Counted from the first letter of the stretch, positions 49,240-63,334 are shown. The stretch is 64,000 bases of DNA from Octopus sinensis (GCF_006345805.1 NC_042997.1:21762001-21826000), one strand, 5' to 3'. The notes: generated by a model from the sequence alone, not told the origin. Numbers and translations are program-made.

Positions 49240-50000
49240 TTCTGTGTTTGACTTTTGCTTTACATATATGCAAGTTGGCTCCAAGTCTCACCCAGAGACC
49301 TCAAGAGACAAAAAGTTGGAAGTTCATGTTGGTGTTGTGCCTAGTGTGCCATATATTTGGTTTTGTACTTAGTGTTGTACTAGTGAATGTTTAAAAAACC
49401 ATACGAAAATTATGTTTGTTTTAAAACTTGAGATTACATAGAAAGTATTTTGCGTAGGATATGTGCAGTTTCCATGAGCACTATCTTTTGAATTTCTGCC
49501 ATTTTGCGGTTTCCTGGTATCTGAGTTAGGTAGCAATCAGCCCCTTTTGCACATATAACAACAGGTATTGTTTTAGTCTTCAGGTTCCACATTTTGCTGA
49601 TTTCTATTTCAAGATCTTTATATTTGCTCAGTTTTTAGTAGACCTTGACAAATACATTTATATCGATTGGGACAGTCATATCAATGAGGAGGCATGATTT
49701 TTGTCTGAAGTCTTTCAATATGATGTCTGGTCTATTCGCATCTATCTTTCTGTCAGTTTGAATGGTGAAGTTCCAGAGGAGTGAGATGTGATCATTTTCA
49801 AGCACTGGAGGTGGTTTGTGTTCCCACCAGTTTTTATCATGGGGCAAGTCCAGGCTTTTGCAAATTACCCAGTGAATATATTGTGCAGCTCTATTATGCC
49901 TGTTGAGATACTCTGTAGGCGCAGGAAAACTGCACTTGGAGACAACATGATCAATGGTTTTGTTGTTGACATACACGACATGTTGGGCTACTGCCGTTCT
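49240..50000 (-). mobile_element. R4/Dong 3' end (knuckle, RLE, UTR) with (TGA)n(TAA)n tail
   Basis: KTIDHVVSKC..EYLNRHN..IHW, LLWNFTIQTDRKIDANRPDII...LIDMTVP. Confidence 0.92.
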
Positions 50001-50014
50001 TTAATATTATTATT

Positions 50015-50640
50015 GAGTGAGAGAGCAGTGCATGTCATCAAAGTGACACTGGGGTAAAATATACGAAGCCCATTATACCCCTCATGACTACCCGTCTGAT
50101 AAGGAGACACCAGGCACATGCATCACAACCATATGTGCGCGACATGGTGATCTCATATCAAGATAAACAGCGCATGACCTTGCAGGTGGGGCCCAGTTAG
50201 AATTTTCTTCTGGTTTAGTAGCCCATCCTGCTCAAAAGGTCTCTGAATAAGGGTTGTTTAAGGATGTTGAACGAAACACCCATGTTTCAAGAGGTGAATT
50301 ATCTCAACCCCAAAGAATCCCTCTCAACACTTGGCTATGATGCTCCCCAACTACTTCTGCTCATGATCAGAGATGCACATATCGTCAGCCACTAAGGGAC
50401 ATGCTCAGCTGGTTATGGTCAAACAACTGACTAGCAAATCTGTGGTATTGAGCAGAATATTTGCTGTAGCCCATCTTTTATTCCAAGACAAAGCAATGTA
50501 CTAGTGATAACACTTCCAATCAGTTAAGATCAGAAGCCACGAGAGCCACTGCCTGGTACTGCATCAGGGCATTGCCTGGTACTGCATCAGGGCATTGCCT
50601 AGTACTGCAATAGGGCATTACCTAGTACTGCATCAGTGCA

Positions 50641-50642
<2 letters not shown>
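50015..50642. mobile_element. Non-coding ~555-bp (TAA)n-embedded element, copy 1, with four 23-bp terminal repeats
   Basis: Reverse complement of 55629-56182. gcctggtactgcatcagggcatt occurs 4 times at 50551-50642. Confidence 0.85.
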
Positions 50643-50720
<78 letters not shown>

Positions 50721-51321
50721 GCATATAGTGAGATCCACTCAGATTAGAAGTGATATGTAGCTAGGAGTATAGTTTCCAAGATATCAAAGTCGTAATGACT
50801 TCCGAAGACCACAGGGCTCTTTTAAATCCCTGCGTTATCGCATATGAGAAAAGAAAAGCAATATAATTTGTGGTAAAGAGCAGAAAGTTCAACTACTGCA
50901 CCTATGGCAATAAGGACTAATAAGAGAACAGTAAAGACTGCAGCACAGAAATTAGTGTTCTGAAAGTAGAGACTCCGAAAACAGTGGAAGAGATAACCTC
51001 GCCCTCAGTTCGATAAGCTGAACAGGAAGCCGAATTATTATCATCTCATGAAAAATCTCAGCTTTATTTAGCTGCCCACAGCCAGCAGACCAAGATAGCA
51101 TTTACTGATCATGCGGGAATCCTCAGGTTTCTCGCATTTCCAAGTAATGATGATATTTATAAATGTTCTACCTTTATATTCCTTTCAATCTTTTTGAGCA
51201 ACGTTGGTAGTTGAGTATTTCACATTGGTATTTCACATTGGTATTTCACATTGGTATCACATCCACTTTCTTCATTACCTACAACGTGCGTATCTCCCAC
51301 TTCAGTTCATCATGGATGTCC

Positions 51322-51324
<3 letters not shown>

Positions 51325-51352
<28 letters not shown>

Positions 51353-51625
51353 CCTCCACCTCCTCCTCTTCTTCTTCTTCTTCTTCTTCACCTTCTTCCT
51401 CCTCCTCCTCTTCTTCTTCTTCATCTTCTTCATCTCCTTCTTCTTCATCTCCTTCTTCTTCTTCTTCTTCATCATCTTCTTCATCTCCTTCTTCATCTCC
51501 TTCTTCATCTTCTTCTTCTTCTTTTCTTCTTCTTCTTCTTCTTCTTCATCATCTTCTTCATCTTCTTTTTCTTCTTCTTCTTTTCTTCTTCTTCTTCTTC
51601 TTCTTCTTCTTCTCCTTCTTCTTCT
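51325..51625 (+). repeat. Compound (TCT/TCC/TCA)n low-complexity tract
   Basis: Read directly from the sequence. Confidence 0.9.
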
Positions 51626-54600
51626 TTCTATTCAACCGTGTTGTCACCAGATCATGTTATGCCTTATTAATATGGTTTCTGATAAATTTATTTCATTTTC
51701 TCTTAAATAATTTTACTGTGGACTTCAAAGCATCAGGTCATCTAACGCAGTTACTGAGATCACAATGTTTGTCTTTTAGACAGTATTGTATTTTTTGTCT
51801 TGTGTTTATAGCATTATTTTAATATAGCTCTTTTTCTACTAAGTTAGTGGTGAGAGTTACTAACAAGAAAGTGAGTAGAAATAGATAAAAACAAGCTTCT
51901 TCTAACACACGCAAAAACGAATTGAAAAAAAAAAGAAGAAATGAAACAAATACACTCGCAAGGTAATTTGTTACGCAAAAATGCAAATTTTAATGGCATA
52001 AACAAAGTCAACCACAGCAGCATCAACAATGTGAAAACGCACACACCCTTTTTGTCAAACGAAAAAACAAGACAGTGTATAATAATAATACAATAGTATT
52101 TCGTTCACTAACATCGTCAGTGACAGTTTACGTAAACTACCTAACTGAAACAAATTTGGTTGGTACACTTTTGTGAACAGGGAGAATGAATCATTGCCAG
52201 AACCCTTCATAAAAGAAAAACAAAAAACAAACAAACAAACAAGAGAAGTGAAATTTATCTTTCTCTACATCGCCAAGAATGGAACAAGTTGCTTATGCCC
52301 TCAATTAAATATGTATTAAATGCAGCTCTAAACGATTGCTGAGCGATATCTTTCTTTGTTGGTAAGGGTAGTGTATCCGACAATAAATGAATTAAAATGG
52401 ATTCTCTCATTTCAGGATAGCACATATAGTTTTAGGACTAAGAACGAAGTGTAGACGCTAGCACAGCTTGTGCGTCACACACCGCCCATATACTAAGATA
52501 AAACATATGAGTAGCCGCAATATGAGGGTCACTTTCAAGAACATTGGCAGTGATATTTTCTCTTGGCTCATATCAGAGTGCAAGCAGGTTGCAAGTGACA
52601 TGTTAAATATGAATGACATGTGATCAGGTGGGAGCTCACTGAATATAAAAGTCATTATGATCCCTGAAAGAGCACAGGGATACGAAAACTGTCCAGCTAT
52701 GAGACTAGTATTGTAAATCAGGAGATGAAGTCCATACGGAGCATTAACGGACATTTCAAGCTTCTTTTGTCTCGTAGGTTTCGAGTTCAAGAGAACAGTA
52801 GTTTTAGCAGTAACAAAAGCAAGTCACAAAGGTCTGTTGTTTCTAGAGCATCGCCAGCTGCAGCCTCAAAGATGGAGCTCAAAAATCTCGTTGTATTCTC
52901 AGTCCTTCAAAATATTAGCAACCAGGAAGATAAGAATCTGGGCGCACAAGCATACACACACACATTATTAGTACTGTGAACACACACATTATTAGTCTTG
53001 TAACATGCTCTGATATTCGAAATGACCCACAAGAATGTTTAGGGAAAGAGATGATACAGATTTTCCAGTAAACCAGTTCCGATTATGTGAAACATGCGAG
53101 CGATAGGTTGCTCTTTAAGTATCGTTTTTGCAGCTCCCCTTGATTTTTATATAATCTTATTTATCCACATTTTTAGTAGATGTATGCCAATTCTTTTTAA
53201 ATAACTGAGTTTATTGGAGTTATCTTATTTCTTAGCTGCTTTAAATACTCCTAGATGCAGCAATAATCTTAGTCATTCGACTTTTTTATATTCACTATAT
53301 TAAAGAAGTGAAATCGATTAGTAAATCAAAATGGTGTAAAGGAAAATGAATTCCAAAAAAATTAATCAAAATGCAGAGCAGAATGTCTCCTTGTGTATGG
53401 CCGCCGATTTTTTCCAGTGTTGTAAGATTTTTAAAACCGTGACTGGAGGAAAGAGCTAAAATACATAGTTTCTATCATCTCATTGTTACGTAATAAATAA
53501 AGTTTGTGAGATTGTAATAGATTCTTCTTTATTAACTGATGTCATCTCAGTGTATCCTCAGTTTTTTAAGTTTATTTTCTTTGTGGCATTGCCTTATATA
53601 TAATGGCATGGTAACATACAGGAGCATCACAACGTGGTCGCTCGACTTGCTAGAAATATCAACTAAATTTAACTCAATTTACCCAATATTTTCATGAAAA
53701 GAAGGGAATACATTGTGTCATGTAGTCGTAAGAAAGGTCATGACTGGAACACCTTTAGCGAACTGTCTGCTCTATTCTGACCTGTGACTAAACAGCACAG
53801 ACACGTTTAATAATAACAGCAATAACATACAAGTATTGAAGAACAATAGAGGTTTGACGATATTGCTTCGTATAGAAAAGACTTGCTAAATCTCATCAAT
53901 TTAATTATTTCAGTATATTCATGTGTAAACTCTAGTTCAGAACAGACTGCTGAAATATGTGGTGATTTATTTCTTTAGACAATAGTATCACTGACAGAGC
54001 AAATGGGAATTAGAGATATTTTGTGTATTTCCTCGATCTGCTATAAATAGCAGCCAAACCTCCCTCACATTGTACTTTCCAGTGTTATAAAAGAACACGT
54101 TAGTTAATGAAGTACTGAGGAGGAAACATCGACGGGCTACAACTGGAATATTTCTAATTTGCTCAATGTGCAATGACATGAAGTTAAAAACAACAGCAAC
54201 AACAGCCGTTCAAGAATTTGGACCTGGAGATCTACATTTCCAGCGACTTCGAGGTCCACCTCCCAGTGGTATTGGGCGTCAACGAAGAGCCCTCGACTAC
54301 AACAAGACGACCAAAGTTTTTTTCCAAGGTCTGGGGTCTCCCACCCCTAAGCCCTAGACCATCACCTAATCACCCTTACCCGTCTTGTTGCTTAATAACA
54401 ACAACAAGATTAGAATGATAACCACTCTCCAGTCATCCAGTCAAAAATGTCAGCCGCTCACTATTTGCATAAAGTACACCGGAAAACAAAAGGTTCGATT
54501 TTAGATGCTGTCTCCACTAGTAACGGAAATAATTTTTGATGAAGCTCCGAGAAACTTCCGAAGCCAAAGAAATAAACCGCAACAATTCCCTTATTCCCCT

Positions 54601-55285
54601 TCACACAAACTAGTGTCTTATACTGCAGCCACTAAGATATCTAGGAAGAAAATTTAATAGAGGCCGACGGATTTGAAAGGAATATTGACTACATTTAAGA
54701 AAGGGGGAATTGATTTGTGTTAGGAAGTGTTCTGATATTTTAAAACAAGCACAAAATCACAAAACCAGATAGCATATTGGCGCTAGCGAAAATGAAATTA
54801 TATTCAAGAAGTAAACAAATATCCAAAATTAACAATATGCTGATGTGTGATGCGAAGTCTAATGTAATTATCCCCAGATGTTGAATGATGACATTCTCGT
54901 TCGCCAGGCAGTCATAGCTTGAAACTGCGTCAGTTAGATGGTTCTGCGTTTCAATAAATTAATGTAACAGTCACCACTAACACGAGAATAACTGATTCGT
55001 GTTAATAAATTTGTTGTTGGATGATTACGAGCAGTTAACAATGTTATAGAATTCTAGAATAAGAGAGATAACAGGGTTGTGCAACAGTTTTTGACCAACC
55101 AGGCTTAGTGTGAATCCAAGAATAATTGATTATTAATTCAGACAGTGATAGCAGTAAGGCTCTAAATCAAATTATTATTTATTTTCCTGGAGACACGTCG
55201 ACAAGGCTTATTCTGACACATAGAAGCATCTGTATAAATGTATCGCCTATCAGATATATTGTATGCGATAAAAATCTAGCATTGC

Positions 55286-55324
<39 letters not shown>

Positions 55325-55338
<14 letters not shown>

Positions 55339-55552
55339 GTTTAAAATTTTGGTGCAAGACCATCAATCTCTTGGGCGGGGGTAAGTCGATTACATCGATC
55401 CCAGTGTTCAACTGGTACTCATTATAGTGTTCTCGAAAGGGATGAAAGAGAAAGTCGACTTCGGTGGAATTTGAACTCTTGGACGTAAGGCCTGAAGAAA
55501 CACTGCAAAGTATTTTGACCATCATGCTAACGATTTTGTCACCTCATCGCCT
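55325..55552 (-). mobile_element. SINE family S1
   Basis: gtcgattacatcgatcccagtg..actggtactc...gtcgacttcggtggaatttgaactc. Confidence 0.8.
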
Positions 55553-55566
55553 TAATATTAATAATG

Positions 55567-55622
<56 letters not shown>

Positions 55623-55628
55623 TAATAA

Positions 55629-56182
55629 ATGCCCTATTGCAGTACCAGGCAGTGGCTCTCATGGCTTCTGATCTTAACTTATTGGAAGTGTTATCATGTA
55701 CATTGTTTTGCCTTGGTATAAAAGATGGGCTACAGAAAATATTCTGCTCAATACCACAGATTTGCTAGTCAGTTGTTTGACCTTAACCAGCTGAGCACGT
55801 CCCTTAGTGGCTGACGATATGTGCATCTCTGATCATGAGCAGAAGTAGTGGAGGAGCATCATAGCCATGTGTTGAGAGGGATTCTTTGGGGTTTGAATAA
55901 TTCGCCTCTGGAAACATGGGTGTTTTTTCAACATCCTTAAACAACCCTTATTCAGAGACCTTTTGAACAGGATGGGCCACTCGACCAGAAGAAAATTCTA
56001 ACTGGGCCCCACCTGCAAGGTCATGCGCTGTTTATCTTGATACGAGATCACCATGTCGCGCACATATGGTTGTGATGCATGGCCTGGTGTACTCTTATCA
56101 GACGGATAGTCATGATGGGTATACTGGGCTTCGTATATTTTACCCTAGTGTCACTTTGATGGTATGCACTGCTCTTTCACTC
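55629..56182. mobile_element. Non-coding ~555-bp (TAA)n-embedded element, copy 2
   Basis: Flanked by (aat)n on both sides. Inverse of 50015-50573. Confidence 0.85.
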
Positions 56183-56334
56183 AATAATAATGATAATAAT
56201 GATTTATTTATTGACGACACTTGGTTTATATTGACTAAAACATTATGGACGGCTCAGGACAAATCATTGTACGTGTGTTATTGCAAGGGTTTTACTTGTA
56301 AACAGTGTAACAAAAAAACAACTACTTTTTAAAG

Positions 56335-57210
56335 TCTCCAGCTTGTATAGCGAAGATGAAGAGGGGGCACCCTTGGTGGACCAAGCGCATGATGGTGAAC
56401 GGTTTCGCGAGGTGATCGTTCACTCTAACCACTGAACAGGTGTCATTGTACATTGCAGCGACTCCCTGAATACAAAACCGCAACTGACTGCCTTAAGGGC
56501 CGCTGCCAGGTCCAGGTACAAATGGTCGATTCTATCGAATTCATCTAAATTCATCTAAATTGATGAGGGCCTCCCCCATGCCAGGTTCTTTAGCCACTTT
56601 CTCTGTGATGTATCGTATAAGGTAGAGGTTGTCGTGGATGGACCTTTGCAGGATGGCGCATGTCTGTGCCTCCCTTACCAGACCACCGATGACAAGTGCC
56701 AACCTCGTAACTAACACTTTGGCCAAAATTTTGAATTCTGCATTTAGCAGAGTTATGGGCCTATAGTTATTAATAGTTTCCCTTGTTCGGATCTTTTCTA
56801 AGCAATGCCACCGCACCTCGGCTCACAAAACTGGGAATTCTCCCATTTTGTTGCCAGTTGCAGCAAACGATTGCCAAGAGGTAACCGAATAAATCTAGCA
56901 TGTAAGCGTAAAGGTCGTCGGTCAGACCATCGAAACCAGGCGATTTACCCTCGTGCAGCTTCCCGTATTTCCGCAGCTGTTATCGGCTTCTTGCAACGCT
57001 CCGCCCCTGTTGCCGAGAGCCGCGGCAGTCTGTCGAGGTAGGATATGAGGTCCATTCTGTGATTCAGCTGACTGCTACTATCAATCAGTTGACCAAAGTG
57101 CTGTTGAAAAGCCATACACATTTATTTGGGATCAATTACTGAGTGACCGTCGTGGTCGGATATAGATAGGATTGTGGGTTATTGCCACGTCGTGTCTAAT
57201 AATAACAGCA
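56335..57210 (-). mobile_element. L1/Tx1-clade LINE RT fragment, degraded
   Basis: NYRPITLLNAEFKILAKVL, RSIHDNL, INLD..FDR.DH, VHQGCP (ccaccaagggtgccccctc). Confidence 0.85.
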
Positions 57211-57529
57211 ATTAGAGATAAGGAGAGATTGACACTCACTCACTTGCTAAATTGGTTCTTTCGCCATCAACAATTTCTTCAGTAGCAAATTTATTAACAT
57301 GGATAAGATTGTAAGGGAAGTTCGAATTGTGGATCTGGCAGTGACACAGAGCAGAGAAGTGGCACACAAGTGAATGAACAAATAAATAAAAGCTGAATGA
57401 GTGAATAAATGAAAGGACGTGGCTCACACAGCCATATTTTTATTAATGGATACCTCAAACTAAAATGCTCTGAAATTATTCACCCGGTTGTTCACTTCCT
57501 TATTATTATACTTCCTATTGGATACATTA

Positions 57530-57665
57530 TAGAAGTAATAATCGACCCCAGTACTTGACTAGCACTTTATTTTATAGACCCTTGAAGGATGAAAGGCTTC
57601 GCTGACATTGCTAAATACCGCAAAGCATTTTGCCCGACGGTTTATAATCTTGTCGACTCCCATCC
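57530..57665 (-). mobile_element. SINE family S1, degraded
   Basis: aatcgaccccagtacttgactagcactttattttatagacccttgaaggatgaaagg. Confidence 0.6.
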
Positions 57666-58021
57666 TTAAAATTATTGACTAGGTCACCATTCAGTTACAA
57701 AAGCTAAGATGACCCATGATATACCTTTCGTTGGAAAAAAAATGTAGATGTACATGATTTTTAATCCACTCTATTTTTTTCTTTCTTCCTTTGCCTCTAT
57801 TCTCATTTAATTAGAACGTGCTTCACAATGTAATTAGTTGATAGAAATAACATATCCATCTTCCTGCTGCGTTGTTCACTAGAATCTGTTCTACTTAATA
57901 TCTGACTACTTGACAGTAACCTTCACCAAGATAAATTATATTCTCAAAGAATGAAACAAAATAACCCTTCAGATGATCAGCCACACTAAAAAGAATCAAG
58001 TGATTAAATATACTATGACAA

Positions 58022-58071
<50 letters not shown>

Positions 58072-58661
58072 TGATGATGATGATGATAACATCAACAGTA
58101 ACAGCAACGGCAGCAATATCAACAGCACTAGACTTATAATAGTAATACTCAGTTAAGCGTTGACAATAAACAGTACCTGTTTAATAGGTTTCGCCTACAC
58201 TGTCAAAGACAGTTTGACGTCATAGCTGGTTGTCATGACGCTGGTATTTCCATAGACAGTATGACGCTCAGGTAGTTTTCCTGACACTATTTTCCAGTGC
58301 TTTAACTAAATGCATGCAGGTGTGTTTATTGGGTAGACGCAAGGAGTTTAGTGAATGTCAGTGGTATAGAAGAACGTGTTGCTGCAACCATTATTCTATT
58401 TATTTATTCATTTTATTTATATATTTATTTCCTAAAAATTCATGTAGATATTCACTCTTTTATATATTTCGTTATTTTATTTCTTCCGTGCTATCAAATA
58501 TTTTACGCCGGACAGAATTTTATTCTCACTTACAAGATCGCACTCCACACTAAAAGCTCTCTTTCTTCTCATCTTCTTTCACATTGTCTATTTCTCTCCT
58601 TCCCCTCTCTCCCCCTTTTACAGAGAAAAAATACAGAATAGAGAAGGAAAACATTAGCTAG

Positions 58662-58699
<38 letters not shown>

Positions 58700-58793
58700 C
58701 TGTGTACATATCCATCCATCCATACATGCATTCATACATACATACATATATGCGTGTGTATGTGTATATATATATACACATACACACACAAAC

Positions 58794-58841
<48 letters not shown>

Positions 58842-58911
58842 ATCTGTGTATGTACGCCCACACGCACAGATATATACATCTTTATCTTTCTGTCCATCGA
58901 TATATATAGAG

Positions 58912-58944
<33 letters not shown>

Positions 58945-59063
58945 TGTGTGTATGTGTGTGTGTGCTTATATGTATACACAGATAAATGGAGAGAGAGAGA
59001 GAGAGAGATAGAGAGAGAGAGAAAGATAGGGAGACAGAAATAAAGACAGAGGGAGAGAGACAG

Positions 59064-59101
<38 letters not shown>

Positions 59102-60111
59102 GGACAGATTGACTTGGGGACTTGTTTCAAAGAAATTTTCTGTATCTCAGTACTAAAGTATAGGCAAGCGTACATTAATTTGCTTGGATGGGATCATATT
59201 CAATTTGATTTACTGTGTTAGATGTTAGATGAAACTTGAAGCCTCAGACAAAGCTCGTGTGTGTGTCAGTGTATGTGTATGTGTATGTGTGGATGTGTGT
59301 GTATGAATTGCAAGTATGTGTGTGTGTGTGCGCGTGCGCAGATGCCATACAGCTTGTGTGATGATACTCTCCTTTGTATTTCATATGTTCACCTTTAATC
59401 TTATATGCAAATTACTACTTGTATTACCTGTGTTATTTTAGTCATGAATGAGCAGCTCTGAGTAACAACCCGGTAGTAGACTCAGCTTCCTTATAATTTG
59501 TTATACCCTTTCTGTATTGGTTACTTCTACTTTGGAAAATGAAACTTTATATATATGTATCGAACCCCTACCATCTTCCAGAGACAGGCCCACCAAACTG
59601 CACGGGTTCGATCTATTTGTGCAGATGAGTACCCACCACTGAAAATGAGATCAAGTAGCTCGAAATCGTACGGTCTTGTGAGCCTGTCACTGGTAGATGG
59701 AAAGGGTTCGGTCCTTTGCTTGAAATATATATCGGGTGCAGATTGTATCGACTAAACAGCTAGAGGAGGTGTCTTACTGGGGTTAAAATGCTAGTAACCT
59801 GGGTTCCTATGGAACAGCCATTTTGAAGTGGCAATAAACATAACTCATCTCTCTCTTTCTCCCACTCTCTCCCTATCTTTCTTTCTTTCTCTCTCTCTCT
59901 CTGTCTATATATGTGTGTATGTGTGTGTATATTATATTATATCGTATTATAAATATAAATATATATATACATACAGAGAGAGAGAGAGAGGCATACATTC
60001 ATATATATATATATTTATAAATACGCATACACATACACACACACACATGTATATAGACTCGCACACATGCATTTGTGTGTGTGTGTCTGTATATATATAT
60101 ATTCTTTTATT

Positions 60112-60300
60112 CTTTTATTTGTTTCAGTCATTTGACTGAGATCATGCTGGAGCACCGCCTTTAGTTGAACAAATCAACCCCAGGTCTTCTTTGTAAGCCT
60201 AGTACTTATTCTATCGGTCTTTTTTTTACTGAACACGCCAGCATCGTTTGTGAAGCGATGGTAGGGGTACAAACTCAGACACACAAACATACACACACAC
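60112..60300 (-). mobile_element. SINE family S2, 3' half
   Basis: ttttatttgtttcagtcatttgactg..atcatgctggagcaccgcctttag. Confidence 0.75.
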
Positions 60301-61247
60301 ACATATTCTGCGAACTCCTATGACTAGAAGGACGTGACATTTCATCCAGAGATGGGAATCTTTGGTCACTTTGAGGCACTGGACCTTTCCTTTACCATAC
60401 ACAGAAAAAAATTCACTTCTCTCTTCATTGGATGCAATAGTACATTATGGGTGTGTATGGATGTGTGTATGTGTGTGTGTTATGCTATGTTTGTATATTT
60501 GTGTGCGTATATGCGTCTGTATGTGATTATGTTTACACCTGACTATGATCGTGTGTTGCTGTGCGGTGGTCTGTGTGTCTCAGTGACCCTGAGAGCTATG
60601 TCTGCAGAGCGCGAGCTTCTGGTATAGTCTCCCATGCTGGACAGGTCAAATGATAGAGGCCAGACTAATATGGACCGTTTTATTCGCAGTTAAGAATGGG
60701 TTGGAATACAAGCCACATCCCTAGCTAGAAAAAAGTAAAATTACAGAATCATCGATGGCAAATCAAAACCGGCAAAACCAAGGATAGGATAACCCAGAGT
60801 CAAGGAGGGTAAAGAATAGTTGTCAATGGCCAATACTACATAATGACCAAAAGGCTTAAGATATATATGTGTGTATGTGCATATTTGTATGTGTGTGTGC
60901 ATATGTGTATGTGTGTGTGTATGTGTGTGGTGTGCGGGTTGGACAGAGGACGAGGGCATTCCTGTACCTTATCTTTTAATATTTCGGCATTAAAATCTAT
61001 TTATCGAAAAGAAAATGGGAAAAAAAGCTAGAAAAGAAAAAGTGTAAGATGTTTTGTTTACCTTTTGTTTTCCTATTTCTTTATTTCTAACTTGCATTGT
61101 ACTGGCTTTCTAAATCAATTTTAACAATTCTACCACAATGCTTTATTCAAGTTACACTGGTGTAATACATACTAATATATAGATGTATGTGTGTAAACGT
61201 GTGTGTGTGTTGTATGAATGTATATTATTGATATATTCATGTGTATT

Positions 61248-61313
<66 letters not shown>

Positions 61314-61620
61314 TGCGAGAGTGAGAAAGGGAAAGAGGAAGAAAGAATGTAAGACGGAGAGAGAAACATCCAAATGCAAAACACAAGCACGCCACGTATT
61401 TTTTCTGAAGGTATGATATGAAATATAATGACGTATGCCATTTAGTAATCGATAGTAATTCAAGTGGTATTCGACGGCTTCCCTCAGCCGTAACAACGCA
61501 CGTCAGTAAATGTAAATAATGTTAATCTCGAGTAGATATTAACATTCCAATAAGGTGGTGGGAAGGTACTTGATCGCCGTTGTAGTTGATTATTGACAGT
61601 TGCATTATTTAGCTTGTTTC

Positions 61621-61664
<44 letters not shown>

Positions 61665-61826
61665 GGCGCAGGAGTGGCTGTGTGGTAAGTAGCTTGCTAA
61701 CCAACCTCATGGTTCCGGGTTCAGTCCCACTGCGTGGCACCTTGGGCAAGTGTCTTCTGCTATAGCCCCGGGCCGACCAATGCCTTGTGAGTGGATTTGG
61801 TAGACGGGAACTGAAAGAAGCCTGTC

Positions 61827-61878
<52 letters not shown>

Positions 61879-62092
61879 TTGTGTGTCTGTGTTTGTCCCC
61901 CTAGCATTGCTTGACAACCGATGCTGGTGTGTTTACGTCCCCGTCACTTAGCGGTTCGGCAAAAAGAGACCGATAGAATAAGTACTGGGCTTACAAAGAA
62001 TAAGTCCCGGGGTCGATTTGTTCGACTAAAGGCGGTGCTCCAGCATGGCCGCAGTCAAATGACTGAAACAAGTAAAAGAGAGAGTAAAAGAG
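61665..62092 (+). mobile_element. tRNA-derived SINE family S2, full length
   Basis: A-box-like ggctgtgtggtaag, B-box-like gggttcagtccc, a ccttgggcaagt central domain, internal (TA)n and a (gtaaaaga) tail. It sits inside (TA)n. Confidence 0.88.
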
Positions 62093-62099
62093 TATATAT

Positions 62100-62161
<62 letters not shown>

Positions 62162-62185
62162 TAAATAGGTAGATAGATAGATAGG

Positions 62186-62243
<58 letters not shown>

Positions 62244-62296
62244 GGCAGATATAGATAGATAGATAGATAGACAGCTAGATAGATAGATAGGCAGAT

Positions 62297-62363
<67 letters not shown>

Positions 62364-62810
62364 TCATAGTGTAATACTTGAAGCTATATATCATTATTAT
62401 TATTGTTCAGCGGTGGAAATTCCATTGTTTTTCACCTAACTGTGGCTATAAAATATATACCAGTAATAAACCGTGATTGATTCCAAAAATTGATTGGCCT
62501 TGTATGTTTTGAATAGAAATCGATATTTTGAATACCACCCGTGTAAGTGTAACAGAATCGTTATCGGAATTTTTGTCTAGAACATCTAGATTTGGATTAT
62601 TGTTGATACTGGGAATGCACCATAATTTACATAATTTTTTTTTTGCTAAGATACATACTTATACATTAGAAGAAACACACATACATGCATACATACATAC
62701 GCAATAGGTAACCGTCTTTCGCTCTCACATTCTTTTCCTTTCACTCTTCCTCGCTCTTCAACTCACTATATATCACAGTAGACTAAACTGCATCTCTAGT
62801 TATTGCTTTC

Positions 62811-62868
<58 letters not shown>

Positions 62869-63334
62869 GCTTCCTACTTCGTCTACTTACTGCTTTCCAA
62901 TATTTATATTCTCAGAAATTATACGATTTCTCTGCTGCTACATTCGTCCTCTCTTCTTTCTTCACTGATACCTTATCGAAAGCCAATAGCGAAACGTTGA
63001 AGCCTCATAAGCTGTGAAATTGTGAAAACATATGTTAAAACATGTCAACAAAACGAAACTGGATATGAGAATACATGTTGAAATTGCTTTAAAACCAACC
63101 GATAATTTAGTTAAAGTAAATTAACTATTTTCATCGCTTATTCAGCCTCGTCAGGTGATATCTTAGGAATAATATTACATGAACAGCTAGGCGCGATTAG
63201 GCCTAGCCATGAAATACCCATTTCATAAAATATTGATTTTGATGGCAGTGGTTTTATCATTTGACTGTTACCTGTTTCAGTCATTGCACTGCGGCCATGC
63301 TGGGGCATCACCTTTAAGCGTTTAAGTCAAGCAA

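Noticed and set aside
50551-50642. Short direct repeats (23 bp x4; also 13 bp x3 near 51215-51255 and the LTR repeats) as CRISPR-like arrays
   Set aside because: The repeats are contiguous with no spacers, the context is eukaryotic, and there are no cas genes.
50800-50960. Minus-strand hydrophobic stretch (AAVFTVLLLVLIAIGAVVEL..CFS) resembling a transmembrane exon
   Set aside because: It is bounded by stops with no convincing splice sites, and the resemblance to any family is too weak.
52458-52979. Coding-like composition with overlapping short ORFs
   Set aside because: Multiple stops and no recognisable domain on either strand.
54185-54415. GC-richer segment between (AAC)-type repeats with two short ORFs
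   Set aside because: Possibly a LINE 3' end, but there is no second copy or motif here to support a call.
59617-59680. cagatgag...gaaatcgtacggtc, a hammerhead-like arrangement
   Set aside because: The flanks are direct (ttgtg/ttgtg) rather than complementary, and stem II does not form. It is better explained by the enclosing fold-back.
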